Assembly (NCBI GenBank): GCA_021324815.1
Contig: JAJPIJ010000042.1
Location: 9,505 to 73,504, forward strand
Direction: 5' to 3'
Length of the DNA: 64,000 nt
DNA from: Gammaproteobacteria bacterium
Lineage (GTDB): Bacteria > Pseudomonadota > Gammaproteobacteria > JAJPIJ01
Shown here: in pieces, positions 1 through 11,838 of the stretch
Numbering within the stretch: position 1 is the first letter of the stretch
Layout of the letters: each line of letters starts with the position of its first letter
Notes under the pieces: generated by a model
Database searches by the model: none
Told to the model about the DNA's origin: nothing
The model's input: the letters and a program-made list of their open reading frames with translations, nothing else
Position numbers and translations under genes: made by a program

Positions 1-422
1 GCATCACCAGCTGGACCGGGCTGTGCCGGCTGCTGCGCGGCGAGGCGTTGAAGCTGCGCGAGTCGGACTTCGTGCAGGCGGCCCGGGCGCTGGGCGTCGG
101 GCATTTCGTCCTCCTGGGGCGCCACATCGTCCCCAACGTGATGCACATCGTCATGATCACCGTGGTGCTGGACTTCAGCGGCCTGGTGCTGGCCGAGGCG
201 GTGCTGTCCTACATCAACATCGGCGTGGACCCGGCCATGAACAGCTGGGGCAACATGATCAACGGCGCGCGCCTGGAGATGGCGCGCGATCCGGTGGTGT
301 GGTGGTCGCTCGCCGCCGCCTTCAGCTTCATGTTCGTGCTGGTGCTGGCGGCGAACCTGTTCGCCGACGTCGTGCGCGACGCCTTTGACCCGCGCCTGCG
401 TCGCGGAGGGCGGGGCACATGA
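1..422 (+). CDS. Peptide-type ABC transporter permease (DppC/OppC/YejE family), 5'-truncated at the window edge.
   Basis: The frame is open from the window edge (codon phase begins at nt 3) to TGA at 420-422. The translation ...ITSWTGLCRLLRGEALKLRESDFVQAARALGVGHFVLLGRHIVPNV... matches the conserved C-terminal membrane segments of DppC-type permeases. The stop overlaps the next start in an ATGA arrangement. Confidence 0.8.
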   Translation, partial: ITSWTGLCRLLRGEALKLRESDFVQAARALGVGHFVLLGRHIVPNVMHIVMITVVLDFSGLVLAEAVLSYINIGVDPAMNSWGNMINGARLEMARDPVVWWSLAAAFSFMFVLVLAANLFADVVRDAFDPRLRRGGRGT

Positions 423-2446
423 CGGCGCCGCTGCTCGAAGTCGAGGGGCTGCGGGTGCATCTGGGCGATCCGGCGCGGCCGGTGCGCGCGGTCGAGGGCG
501 TCGATTTCATGCTGCGACGGGGCGAGATCTTCGCGCTGCTCGGCGAGTCCGGCTGCGGCAAGTCCATGACGGCCTTCGCGCTGCTGCGCCTGCTGCCGCC
601 CTCCGGACGTTTCATCGCCGGCAGCGTCCGCCTGGACGGGCGGGACCTGCTGCGCCTGCCCGAGCACGCCATGCGCGAAGTGCGCGGGCGCCGCATCGCC
701 ATGATCTTCCAGGAGCCGCAGACGGCGCTCAATCCGGTGATGACGGCGGGCGCGCAGATCGAGGAAGTGCTGAACTGCCATCGCCACCTGCGCGGCGCGG
801 CGGCGCGGCGGCGGACCGTTGAACTGCTGGCCGAGGTCGGCATCCCGGATCCGGAGCGGCGCTGCGACGAGTATCCGCACCAGCTCTCCGGCGGCATGAA
901 GCAGCGGGTGTTGATCGCCATGGCGCTGGCCGGCGAGCCGGACATTTTGATCGCCGACGAGCCGACCACGGCGCTGGACGTCACCATCCAGGCGCAGGTG
1001 CTGGAGCTGCTGCGGCGTCTGAAGCAGAAGACCGGCATGGCGGTGCTGCTCATCACGCACGATTTAGGCGTGGTGGCGGAAATGGCGGATCGCGTGGCGG
1101 TCATGTACGCCGGCCACATCGTCGAGCAGGCGGATCGCGAAACCTTCTTCCGCAGCCCGGCGCATCCCTACACCCGGCGGCTGTTCGATTCGGTGCCCAC
1201 GCTCGACAAGCGCGCCGGACGCCTTGCCGTCATCGCCGGCGCCGTGCCGCCGCTGACGCAGGTGTTCCGCGGTTGCCGTTTCGAGTCGCGCTGCGAACTG
1301 CGCATGGACGTGTGCGCGGAGCAGCCGCCGCGATGGTGGGCGGGCGAGGGGACGCAACGGGTGCGTTGCCACCTGTTCGATCCGAAAATCGCCGCGGGTG
1401 TGCGCGTCACCGCGGCGGCCGCGGTGACGCCGGCCGCCGCACCGGCGATGGCGCCGCCATCCGATCAAACGCCGCTGCTGAGCGTGCGTGATCTGAAGGT
1501 CCATTTCCCCATCCAGCGCGGCCTGTTCCGCCGCACGGTGGGCCGGGTGTATGCCGTCGATGGCGTGTCGCTCGATATCGCGCCGGGCAGAACGCTGGCG
1601 CTGGTGGGGGAATCCGGCTGCGGCAAGACCACGGCGGGCAAGGCCATCGTCCAGTTGCTGCCGCTGACGGCGGGCCGGGTCCGTTTCCAGGGGCGGGAGC
1701 TGACGCAGATCGACGCCCGCCGGTTGCGGCGGCTGCGCGCCGACATCCAGTTCATCTTCCAGGATCCCTACGCCGCCATGAACCCGCGCATGATGGTGGG
1801 CGACATCGTCGCCGAGGGCATGGTGGCGCAGGGCATCGGCGCCAGCCGGCGCGAGCGCATGCAGCGCGTGGATGAGCTGCTGCAGCAGGTGGGTCTGCCG
1901 CCAGACATCAAGTCCCGCTACCCGCACGAATTCTCCGGCGGCCAGCGCCAGCGCATCTGCATCGCCCGGGCGCTGGCGGTGAATCCCAGGCTCATCATCT
2001 GCGACGAGCCGACCAGCGCGCTGGACGTGTCCGTGCAGGCGCAGATCCTGAATCTCCTGAAGGAGCTCCAGGATCGCCGGGGTCTGAGCTATCTCTTCAT
2101 CACCCATAATCTCGCGGTGGTGGAATATCTGGCCCATCACGTGGCGGTCATGTACCTGGGGCGCATCGTCGAGCACGGCACGGTGGAGGACGTGCTTCAG
2201 CGGCCGCAGCATCCCTACACCCGCGCGCTGCTTTCCGCCGTGCCGCAGATCGATCCCCGCACCCGGCGCGAGGTCATCCGGCTTGCCGGCGAGCTGCCAT
2301 CGCCATCGGCGCCGCCGCGCGGCTGCCACTTCCATCCACGCTGCCCGCAGGCCATGCCGCAATGTCGCGCGACATATCCGGGAAAGGTCGCCGTCAGCGG
2401 CTCGCATTCCGTGCACTGCCTGCTTTACGGCCCCGGACAGTCCTGA
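419..2446 (+). CDS. ABC transporter ATP-binding protein with two tandem ATPase cassettes (DppD/DppF-fused, YejF/GsiA-like).
   Basis: The 675-aa protein carries two Walker A motifs (GESGCGKS twice), two LSGG signatures (LSGGMKQRV and FSGGQRQRI) and two Walker B/H-loop regions. The start overlaps the stop of the upstream permease (ATGA). Confidence 0.9.
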   Translation: MTAPLLEVEGLRVHLGDPARPVRAVEGVDFMLRRGEIFALLGESGCGKSMTAFALLRLLPPSGRFIAGSVRLDGRDLLRLPEHAMREVRGRRIAMIFQEPQTALNPVMTAGAQIEEVLNCHRHLRGAAARRRTVELLAEVGIPDPERRCDEYPHQLSGGMKQRVLIAMALAGEPDILIADEPTTALDVTIQAQVLELLRRLKQKTGMAVLLITHDLGVVAEMADRVAVMYAGHIVEQADRETFFRSPAHPYTRRLFDSVPTLDKRAGRLAVIAGAVPPLTQVFRGCRFESRCELRMDVCAEQPPRWWAGEGTQRVRCHLFDPKIAAGVRVTAAAAVTPAAAPAMAPPSDQTPLLSVRDLKVHFPIQRGLFRRTVGRVYAVDGVSLDIAPGRTLALVGESGCGKTTAGKAIVQLLPLTAGRVRFQGRELTQIDARRLRRLRADIQFIFQDPYAAMNPRMMVGDIVAEGMVAQGIGASRRERMQRVDELLQQVGLPPDIKSRYPHEFSGGQRQRICIARALAVNPRLIICDEPTSALDVSVQAQILNLLKELQDRRGLSYLFITHNLAVVEYLAHHVAVMYLGRIVEHGTVEDVLQRPQHPYTRALLSAVPQIDPRTRREVIRLAGELPSPSAPPRGCHFHPRCPQAMPQCRATYPGKVAVSGSHSVHCLLYGPGQS

Positions 2447-2455
2447 CGGAGAGAC

Positions 2456-2851
2456 ATGTCCCGCCGCCGCTTGAAGACCACCGCGCGTGGACGCGCCCGT
2501 CCCACCCTGCGGGTGCTGCTCGGCGCCGTCATCGCCATCGGCCCGGGCAAGGCCGATTTGCTTTCGGCGATCGCCAAGACCGGCTCCATCTCCGCGGCCG
2601 CCAAGCGCATGGGCATGAGCTACCGCCGCGCCTGGCTGCTGGTGGATACCATGAACCGCTGCTTTCGCGCGCCGCTGGTGACGGCGGCCGCCGGCGGGCG
2701 GCGCGGCGGCGGCGCGCGGGTCACGCCGCAGGGAATGGAAATCCTGCGGCGCTACCGGGCCATGGAGGCGCGTGCGATCTCGGCAATCCAGCCTGATTTG
2801 CGCGCCTTCACCTCCCGATTGCGTGATCACCCCCGCCGGCCCGGCGGCTGA
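2456..2851 (+). CDS. ModE-family molybdate-responsive transcriptional regulator, N-terminal winged-helix DNA-binding domain only.
   Basis: The 131-aa protein contains ...LLGAVIAIGPGKADLLSAIAKTGSISAAAKRMGMSYRRAWLLVDTMNRCF...VTPQGMEILRRY..., typical of the ModE N-terminal domain. It sits directly upstream of modABC and a ModE box. GAGAG/GGAGAG precedes the ATG at 2456. Confidence 0.75.
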   Translation: MSRRRLKTTARGRARPTLRVLLGAVIAIGPGKADLLSAIAKTGSISAAAKRMGMSYRRAWLLVDTMNRCFRAPLVTAAAGGRRGGGARVTPQGMEILRRYRAMEARAISAIQPDLRAFTSRLRDHPRRPGG

Positions 2852-2884
2852 TTGACCGGTGGTTGCCGTTGCTTTTGCCGGTTT

Positions 2885-2908
2885 CGATATATACGATGGA
2901 ATATAACG
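2885..2908 (+). promoter_or_regulatory. ModE-type operator (inverted repeat CGATATATA-N7-ATATAACG) upstream of modA.
   Basis: CGATATATAcgatggaATATAACG lies 36 nt upstream of the modA start. It resembles the E. coli modA operator half-sites (CGTTATAT ... ATATAACG). Confidence 0.6.
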
Positions 2909-2943
2909 ATACCGGCCTGCGAGCGCGGGAACGGAAAACAGCG

Positions 2944-3747
2944 ATGCTAGTCCCTGAACACAGCGCATGCGGGCGTTTATGGGCCGTCATTGCCGGACTG
3001 CTCTGCGCCCTGTTGCCGCAGATCGGTGCGGCCGCCGACGTTCCCATCGTCGCCGCCGCCTCCGATTTGAAGTTCGCCCTGGAGGAAGCCGCCGCGGCCT
3101 TCACCCGCACCACCGGCCGGTCGGTCAGGCTGGTGTTTGGCTCCTCGGGAAATTTCCGCAGTCAGATCGCAGCGGGGGCGCCGATCGAACTTTTCCTGTC
3201 GGCGGACGAAGACCTCGTGACGGCTTTGCAGCATGAGGGACGCACCGCCGGCGGCGGCCGTCTCTACGCCATCGGCCGGCTGGCCTTGATGATACCGCGC
3301 GGTTCGCCACTCAAGGTCGATCCCGGGCTCGGTAACCTGCGCGTCGCCTTGACGGACGGACGCCTGCAAAAATTCGCCATCGCCAACCCCGATCATGCGC
3401 CCTACGGCAAACGGGCGAAGGAGGCGTTGCAGCATGCCGGTCTGTGGGGGGCGATCCAGCCGTTTCTGGTGCTGGGCGAGAATGTCGCCCAGGCCGCGGC
3501 GTATGCCACCTCGGGCTCGGCACAGGGCGGTCTCATCGCCTGGTCGCTGGCACGCTCACCGGGCATCGGCAGGCTTGGCGAAGCCGTCCTCATCCCCGCC
3601 GGGTGGCACTCGCCGCTCAGGCAGCGCATGGTTTTGATCAAGGGAGCGGGGTCCACCGCAGAGGCGTTTTACGCCTTCCTCACGCAGCCCGAGGCGCGGG
3701 CGATCTTTGAGCGCTACGGTTTCACGTTGCCCTCGGATGCCGACTGA
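2944..3747 (+). CDS. modA: Molybdate ABC transporter substrate-binding protein ModA.
   Basis: Signal-peptide-like N-terminus (MLVPEHSACGRLWAVIAGLLCALLPQIGAAA) followed by ModA-like sequence (...VRLVFGSSGNFRSQIAAGAPIELFLSADEDLV...AIANPDHAPYGKRAKEAL...). The gene is adjacent to modB and modC. Confidence 0.85.
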   Translation: MLVPEHSACGRLWAVIAGLLCALLPQIGAAADVPIVAAASDLKFALEEAAAAFTRTTGRSVRLVFGSSGNFRSQIAAGAPIELFLSADEDLVTALQHEGRTAGGGRLYAIGRLALMIPRGSPLKVDPGLGNLRVALTDGRLQKFAIANPDHAPYGKRAKEALQHAGLWGAIQPFLVLGENVAQAAAYATSGSAQGGLIAWSLARSPGIGRLGEAVLIPAGWHSPLRQRMVLIKGAGSTAEAFYAFLTQPEARAIFERYGFTLPSDAD

Positions 3748-3753
3748 AACGAC

Positions 3754-4414
3754 ATGGACTGGCAGGCGCTGTCGCTGTCGCTAAAACTGTCCACTTGGAC
3801 GGTGATCGTGCTGCTGCCGGCCGGCCTGCTGCTGGCACGCGAACTGGCCTGGCGCCGTTTTCGCGGCAAGAACTTGATCGAAGCCACGCTGTCGTTGCCG
3901 TTGGTGCTGCCGCCGACGGTACTCGGCTACTACTTGCTGGTGGCGATGGGCGGCAACGCGCCGGTGGGCCGATGGTACCAGCAATGGTCCGGTCACCCGC
4001 TGGTATTTTCCTTTGAGGGACTGCTGATTGCCTCCCTCATTTTCAACATGCCGTTTGCCGTGCCGCCCATGCAGCGGGCACTTGAAACCATTCCGAAGGA
4101 GATGCGCGAAGCCGCCGCCGTGTGCGGCTTGTCGCCGTGGCGGATATTTCGACTTGTCGAACTGCCGCTGGCCTGGAATGGCATTTTAACAGCCGCCGTG
4201 CTGACCTTCGCGCATACGCTGGGCGAGTTCGGCGTGGTGCTGATGGTGGGCGGCAGCATCCCCGGCGAGACGCGTACCATCGCAATCGCCATCTACGATC
4301 GCGTGCAGGCCTTCGACCGCGACGCCGCCAACAGCATGGCCGCATTGCTGCTGGCGTTGTCGTTTGTGGCAATCGTTGTCGCCCAACTGGGTGGTGGATA
4401 CCTCAGTCGCCGTC

Positions 4415-4425
<11 letters not shown>
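3754..4425 (+). CDS. modB: Molybdate ABC transporter permease ModB.
   Basis: The 223-aa polytopic membrane protein (...LSLPLVLPPTVLGYYLL...EAAAVCGLSPWRIFRLVELPLAWNGILTAAVLTFAHTLGEFGVVLMVGG...) has the ModB/CysT-type EAA loop. Confidence 0.9.
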
Positions 4426-5575
<1,150 letters not shown>

Positions 5576-6928
5576 TCACGCCTCACCGGCGGTATCGCGC
5601 AGGGTGAGAAACTCCTCGGCGACGGTGGGATGGATGCCGATGATGGCGTCGATCTGCGACTTGGTGGCGCCGCACTTGATGGCGATGGCGAGCCCCTGGA
5701 TCACCTCGGCGGCGCCATCGCCGACCATGTGCGCGCCGAGCACGCGATCGTTCGAGGCATCGACGACGAGTTTCACCAGCACGCGCTGTTCGCTGTCGGT
5801 CAGCAGCTCGCGCGTGGGCTTGAACCGCGAACGAAAAACCTTGATGCGCCTGTGCCGCTCGCGGGCGCGCTCCTCGCTCAGGCCCACCGACGCCAGTTCC
5901 GGCGTGGCGAACACGGCCGTGGGAACGGCGTGATAGTCCATGCGCCCGCGGCCTTCGCCGAAAAGATTGCGGGCGAAGACCTCGGCTTCGGCGATGGCCA
6001 CCGGCGTCAGCCGCATGCGATCAATCACGTCGCCCAGCGCGAAGATCGAGGGCGCGGAGGAGCGGAAGCCGTCATCGACCTGCACGGCGCCGCTCCCGGT
6101 CAGCTCCACGCCGGCCCGCTCCAGTCCCAGGCCGGCGGTGTTGGGCAGGCGGCCGGTCGCGCAGAGGATGAGGTCGGCGTGCATTTGCCGGCCGCCGGCC
6201 AGTATGGCCGTCAGGCCCGCGGCGCCGCGCTCGACGGCAGACACGCGACTGTCCAGTAACAGGGTGACGCCGCGCGCGCGCAGGGCCCCACCCAAGTGTT
6301 TGCGCGCCTCGTCATCGAAGCCGCGCAGGATGGAATCGCCGCGGTGGATCAGCGTGGTCTCCACGCCCAGGCCGTGGAAGATGCTGGCGAACTCGACGGC
6401 GATGTAACCGCCGCCCACCACCAGCGCGCGCCGCGGCAGTTGATCGAGGTGAAAGGCGTCGTCGGAGGTGATGACGAGTTCACGACCGGGGAAATCCGGC
6501 ACCGACGGCCGGCCGCCGGTGGCGATCAGGATGTGGCGGGCACGGAGCGATTGTGCGCCCACGGCGACGGTATGCGCGTCCAGCAGCCGCGCCCAACCGC
6601 GCACGAGGGACACGCCGGCGCCGGTCAGCAGGCGTTCGTAGAGATCATTCAGCCGTCGTATGGCGGCGTCCTTGTTGTGAATCAACGCCGGCCAGTCGAA
6701 CTGCGCCGGGGAGCCGCGCCAGCCGTAGGCGACGGCGTCCTCGAATTCCCGCCGGAAGCGGGAGGCGTAGACCAGCAGCTTCTTGGGGATGCAGCCCGCG
6801 TTGACGCAGGTGCCTCCGAGCGCGCCTCCCTCCACCAGCGCGACGCGGGCGTGCAGGCGGGCGGCCGCGCGCGCGGCGCGGACTCCGCCGGAGCCGCCGC
6901 CGATCACGATCAAATCGAATTCACTCAC
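5576..6928 (-). CDS. gor: Glutathione-disulfide reductase.
   Basis: The 450-aa flavoprotein has redox-active GGTCVNAGCIPKK, ILIATGGRPS, and C-terminal IHPTVAEEFLTLR motifs. These closely parallel E. coli Gor. Confidence 0.85.
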   Translation of the reverse strand: MSEFDLIVIGGGSGGVRAARAAARLHARVALVEGGALGGTCVNAGCIPKKLLVYASRFRREFEDAVAYGWRGSPAQFDWPALIHNKDAAIRRLNDLYERLLTGAGVSLVRGWARLLDAHTVAVGAQSLRARHILIATGGRPSVPDFPGRELVITSDDAFHLDQLPRRALVVGGGYIAVEFASIFHGLGVETTLIHRGDSILRGFDDEARKHLGGALRARGVTLLLDSRVSAVERGAAGLTAILAGGRQMHADLILCATGRLPNTAGLGLERAGVELTGSGAVQVDDGFRSSAPSIFALGDVIDRMRLTPVAIAEAEVFARNLFGEGRGRMDYHAVPTAVFATPELASVGLSEERARERHRRIKVFRSRFKPTRELLTDSEQRVLVKLVVDASNDRVLGAHMVGDGAAEVIQGLAIAIKCGATKSQIDAIIGIHPTVAEEFLTLRDTAGEA

Positions 6929-7007
6929 GAACCAGCCCGACTATTGTTTCGTTTGCCCTGAGGCCTGTCCTGAGGTACCGGAGGGCGAATGACATTTTGC
7001 GGTGGGT

Positions 7008-8039
7008 TCAGCCACGCAATCGCCGAACGACGGCGCGGGTGAAGTCGCGGGTGGAGGCCTGTCCGCCGAGATCGCGGGTGCGCACGTGGTCCTGCCGCAG
7101 AACGCCGTCGATGGCGTCGCGCAACCGCCGTGCGCGATCGTGCTCGTCGACGTGATCCAGCATCATCGCCGCCGCCAGCATGAGCGCCACGGGATTGGCC
7201 ACGCCTTGGCCCGCGATGTCCGGCGCCGAGCCGTGCACCGCCTCGAAGATGGCGGCGTCCCGGCCGATGTTGGCGCCCGGCGTCATCCCCAGGCCGCCGA
7301 CCAGCCCGGCGATCAGATCCGAGAGGATGTCGCCGAACATGTTGGTGGTGAGCAGGATGTCGAACTGGGCGGGATTCAGCACCAGTTGCATGGCGCAGGC
7401 GTCGACGATGCGATCCTCAATCTCGATTCTGCCCTCGTACTGCCGGCCGACCTCGCGCACGGTCTCGAGAAAAATTCCGGTGAGCGCCTTCAGGATGTTG
7501 GCCTTGTGCACGATGGTGAGCTTGCGGCGTTTGTGCCTGACCGCGTAATCGAACGCGAACTCGGCGATGCGGCGGCAGCCGGCGCGCGTGTTGACCCCCG
7601 CGCCGATGGCCACCGCGTGCGGATCGCCGCCGATGGGGACGTAGTGCTCGAAGCCGACGTAGTAACCCTCCGTGTTCTCGCGCACCAGCACCAGGTCGAT
7701 GTCCTCATACCGGCCGCCGGGGAGCAGTGTGCGCGCGGGCCGCACGTTGGCGTACAAGTCGAAAGTCTGCCTCAATGCGACGTTGGATGAGCGGTAGCCG
7801 CCGCCGACCGGCGTGGTCAGCGGCCCCTTGAGCGCCAGTTTCGTGCGCCGGATGCTGTCGAGGGTTTCCGCCGGCAGCGGATCGCCGTGCCGCTCGACGC
7901 CGGCCATGCCCGCCGCCCGCGTTTCCCATTCCAGCGGGGCTTGCAGCGCCTCCAGCACCTCGACGGTGGCCTCGACGATCTCGGGACCGATGCCGTCGCC
8001 GGGGATGAGCGTGGCCGGGTGTTTTGCTGCGCGCGTCAT
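7008..8039 (-). CDS. Isocitrate/isopropylmalate dehydrogenase family protein (NAD-dependent beta-decarboxylating dehydrogenase).
   Basis: The 343-aa protein has LIPGDGIGPEI, YANVRP, ENTEGYY and NMFGDILSDL motifs diagnostic of the IDH/IPMDH/tartrate dehydrogenase superfamily. Substrate cannot be assigned from sequence alone. Confidence 0.8.
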   Translation of the reverse strand: MTRAAKHPATLIPGDGIGPEIVEATVEVLEALQAPLEWETRAAGMAGVERHGDPLPAETLDSIRRTKLALKGPLTTPVGGGYRSSNVALRQTFDLYANVRPARTLLPGGRYEDIDLVLVRENTEGYYVGFEHYVPIGGDPHAVAIGAGVNTRAGCRRIAEFAFDYAVRHKRRKLTIVHKANILKALTGIFLETVREVGRQYEGRIEIEDRIVDACAMQLVLNPAQFDILLTTNMFGDILSDLIAGLVGGLGMTPGANIGRDAAIFEAVHGSAPDIAGQGVANPVALMLAAAMMLDHVDEHDRARRLRDAIDGVLRQDHVRTRDLGGQASTRDFTRAVVRRLRG

Positions 8040-8135
8040 GACGATGAAAAGTTTTTATTTTCGAAGCATTATACGTTAGTTTTACATCTTGAAGACGGAC
8101 GGGATTTCAACCAGTCAAGCCAGGGGGAGAATCGC

Positions 8136-9008
8136 ATGAGCCAAAAGACCAAACCCACCCGCCGGTTGCGGGAATTGATGCAGATGCCCGGCATCATCCG
8201 CTCGCTGGGCGCCCACGACGTGCTGACGGCGGTGCTGATCGAGCAGGCCGGGTTCGAGACGGTGTTCATCGGCGGCTTCGGCACCAGCGCCAGCCTCTAC
8301 GGCCTGCCGGACTTGAACTTCCTCGGCATGCAGGAGATGGCCGACGCCGTGCGGCGCATGGCGCACCGCGTGTCGATCCCGGTCATCGCCGACGGCGACA
8401 CCGGTCACGGCGACCTGCACAACGTCATGCGCTGCGTGGAGGAGTTCGAGGGCGCCGGCGCCGCCGGCATCATCCTCGAGGATCAAATTTTCCCCAAGCG
8501 CTGCGGCCATTTCGAGGGCAAGCAGGTGATCCCGGCGGATGAGATGGTGCGCAAGTTCAAGGCCGCCGTGCGCGCCCGCAACGACAAGGATTTCGTCTTC
8601 ATCGCCCGCACCGACGCCCGCGAGCCGAACGGGCTGGAGGACGCCATCAACCGCATCAACAGCTACTGCGAGGCCGGGGCCGATGTCGCCTTCATCGAGG
8701 CGCCGCTGGCGATGGCGGAGCTGGAACTCATCTGCCGCAAGGTGCCGTATCCCAAGTTCGTCAACATGCTGGCCTTCGGCAAGACGCCCATCCTGAGCGT
8801 GAAGGAACTGGAGGAGATGGGCTTTAAGATGATGGTGGCGCCGATCGATTCGGTGCTGCTGACCGCCAAGGTCATGCGCGACATGGCCGAGGTCTTTGCC
8901 CGCGACGGTCATACGTTGGCGCTTCAGGATCAGATGCTGCGCTTCGACGAGATCAAGAAGATCCTGGGCGTGCAGCAATTCCTGTCGCTGCGCGATTCCC
9001 TTGAATAG
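8136..9008 (+). CDS. Isocitrate lyase/PEP mutase family protein (2-methylisocitrate lyase-like / carboxyvinyl-carboxyphosphonate phosphorylmutase-like).
   Basis: The 290-aa protein contains ...IADGDTGHG...EDQIFPKRCGHFEGKQVIPADEMV...ARTDA...EAGADVAFIEA..., matching PrpB/ICL-family catalytic motifs. An RBS (GGGGGAGA) precedes the ATG at 8136. The gene is divergent from the IDH-like gene. Confidence 0.8.
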   Translation: MSQKTKPTRRLRELMQMPGIIRSLGAHDVLTAVLIEQAGFETVFIGGFGTSASLYGLPDLNFLGMQEMADAVRRMAHRVSIPVIADGDTGHGDLHNVMRCVEEFEGAGAAGIILEDQIFPKRCGHFEGKQVIPADEMVRKFKAAVRARNDKDFVFIARTDAREPNGLEDAINRINSYCEAGADVAFIEAPLAMAELELICRKVPYPKFVNMLAFGKTPILSVKELEEMGFKMMVAPIDSVLLTAKVMRDMAEVFARDGHTLALQDQMLRFDEIKKILGVQQFLSLRDSLE

Positions 9009-9017
9009 CCGTGGCGT

Positions 9018-10811
9018 TCAGCCGCTGGTGCCGGTCAGACGCTTGTACAGAGCTTCAGTGGAGTACATCGGCAGCGAGCAGTTGTTATTCGTGCAGACAA
9101 AGACCGCGGTCCTGGCGAGCTTGGGGTATTGCACGTCCGGATTTGGCAGCGGCCCCTCGCCGCGGTCCCACCATTCCAGCCGTTTGTAAATTACCGGCCA
9201 GCGTCTGGCCGCATCGAAGAGTCCCCGCGCCGCGGCGTCGGATTTGACGCCGACCACGGTGATGTGCAGCGGCGCCTCCGAGAGTTCCTGATCAGCGAGC
9301 AGCAGGCCAGGCAATAAGCGCCGTTTGGCGATGACGCCGGGCGCCGTCAGATAGCGCATGGCGTGTTGCGCCAGCGCCTGATAACGCTCTTCGCCGGTGT
9401 AGTGGAACAGCAGGTTGGCGGTGCGCGCGACGGTCACGTTCTCGTCGATTTGCCGCACACCGCTGCGGAACACGCCCACCGCGCCTGCCGCCACCGGCGC
9501 GGTCAGGAAACCACCGTCATCCGCCTTGAAGCTGCGTTCAATAAAGTCCATGGCCGCGCGCGCCTGCGCCAGCCAGTCGCGCTTCCCGGTGGCGGCGTAG
9601 AGATCAAGGAAAGCGCGCGCCATGTAGATGCTGTCGCCCAGTTGCGGCGCTGAATTCGCGTCGGCTTTCAATTCGCTGTGACTGAATCCACCGGCGGGCA
9701 ATTGCCGCTGCGCCAGCACCCAGCGGGCTGCATTCTCCGCCAGTGACAGGGCCCCGCTGTCGCCCGTGGCGTTGGCATGGGTGACCAGTGCGTGGATGGC
9801 CCAGCCGTTTTCGCTCCCGTAGATATGACGATCGATGGGTGGCCAGGCGTGGGCGCGGCGCTCGGCGTCACTCCAACCATAAAATGTCCTGCCCATGAGT
9901 TCCATCGAGACGTCGGCGTCCTGGCTCGTGTAAAACGCGCCCTCCGGCGTGCGCAGAAAGTCGCGGAGATAGTGATAGATCAATTGCGCGGCCTTCAAAT
10001 CGCGCGGCTCGTGCCACTGCGCCCAGGCCAGCGAATAGTGCTGCAAATACTGCGACTGGAAGGACATGATCTTTTCAAAGTGCGGGTCGTTCCAGGTGGG
10101 GCCGGCGGAGTACTGATACACCCCGCCCCACACGGGATCGATGAGAGCCTGCCCGGCATCCAGCGTCTGCCGCGCCATTTGCCGGTATCGCTGGTCACCG
10201 GCACCGGCCCGGAGCAGCGCCAATTCCATGCTGTCGCCGTCGATGTATTTCTGCTCCGTGCCCCAGCCACCGTATTGCCGGTCGTACAGCGAGAGGTAAT
10301 CATCCATTATTTCCCCGCGGGCTTCGGCGTTGAGCAGGTGTGATTGGGCGGTCTCCAGCGGCTGTTCGGAGAACACGGAAGGACCGGGCGTGGGGTCGCC
10401 GATGACGGCCTGGAGGAGGGCGGCGAACCGATCCGGCGGGATGTAGCCGCGGCGTTTGACGATCTCGGTGCCGTCCGGCGCGAACACCACCGTGGCCGGC
10501 CAGCCGTAGTCCTCGTAGCGGTTGGAGAGCTCCGGGTTGGCGTCCTGATCGACGCGCACCGGCAGGTAGCGGGACTGCACCAGTTTAATCACCGCCGGAT
10601 CGCGATAAGTGGTCTCCTCCATGACGTGGCACCAGTGGCACCACACCGCGCCCAAGTCGAGCAGCACGAAGCGGTGCTCCCGCCGGGCGCGCTCGAACAG
10701 GCCGGGATCCCACCCCTGCCACTCAATGCCGGCGCCACGGGCGCCGTCCGCGCCCGCCACCAGCAGTATGCACAACGTCAATACCCTGCCCATGCGACCA
10801 TCCCCCTGCAT
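9018..10811 (-). CDS. Thioredoxin-domain protein of the DUF255 / YyaL / N-acylglucosamine 2-epimerase-like family, with a signal peptide.
   Basis: The 597-aa protein has a signal-like N-terminus (MGRVLTLCILLVAGADG) and the thioredoxin-like WCHWCHVME motif of DUF255. A long alpha/alpha-toroid-like C-terminal region follows. An alternative start at 10793 is possible. Confidence 0.8.
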   Translation of the reverse strand: MQGDGRMGRVLTLCILLVAGADGARGAGIEWQGWDPGLFERARREHRFVLLDLGAVWCHWCHVMEETTYRDPAVIKLVQSRYLPVRVDQDANPELSNRYEDYGWPATVVFAPDGTEIVKRRGYIPPDRFAALLQAVIGDPTPGPSVFSEQPLETAQSHLLNAEARGEIMDDYLSLYDRQYGGWGTEQKYIDGDSMELALLRAGAGDQRYRQMARQTLDAGQALIDPVWGGVYQYSAGPTWNDPHFEKIMSFQSQYLQHYSLAWAQWHEPRDLKAAQLIYHYLRDFLRTPEGAFYTSQDADVSMELMGRTFYGWSDAERRAHAWPPIDRHIYGSENGWAIHALVTHANATGDSGALSLAENAARWVLAQRQLPAGGFSHSELKADANSAPQLGDSIYMARAFLDLYAATGKRDWLAQARAAMDFIERSFKADDGGFLTAPVAAGAVGVFRSGVRQIDENVTVARTANLLFHYTGEERYQALAQHAMRYLTAPGVIAKRRLLPGLLLADQELSEAPLHITVVGVKSDAAARGLFDAARRWPVIYKRLEWWDRGEGPLPNPDVQYPKLARTAVFVCTNNNCSLPMYSTEALYKRLTGTSG

Positions 10812-10871
10812 CAGATGCCGCAGCGAATACGTGACGTTACAATAACCGGACGCAGGATGGAGTCAGCGGCC

Positions 10872-10881
10872 GGGGGGGGGG
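10872..10881. repeat. G10 homopolymeric tract in the divergent promoter region between the DUF255 gene and dapB.
   Basis: Ten consecutive G residues (ccGGGGGGGGGGc), read directly from the sequence. Confidence 0.9.
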
Positions 10882-10915
10882 CGGCAGGCTGCGGGGCTTC
10901 ATCACCGCCTGCTAA

Positions 10916-11761
<846 letters not shown>

Positions 11762-11838
11762 CGGCTGGCTCCGTGTAACGAACGGCGATGGTTCGTCATC
11801 TTTGATTTCAGGCTGGCGGCAACATTCACCGGCAAATC

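Noticed and set aside
1064-2968. A 634-aa minus-strand ORF antisense to the tandem-ATPase gene.
   Set aside because: It is a typical high-GC antisense open frame. Its composition is Arg/Ala/Gly-rich with no domain-like blocks. The sense strand carries an unambiguous ABC ATPase.
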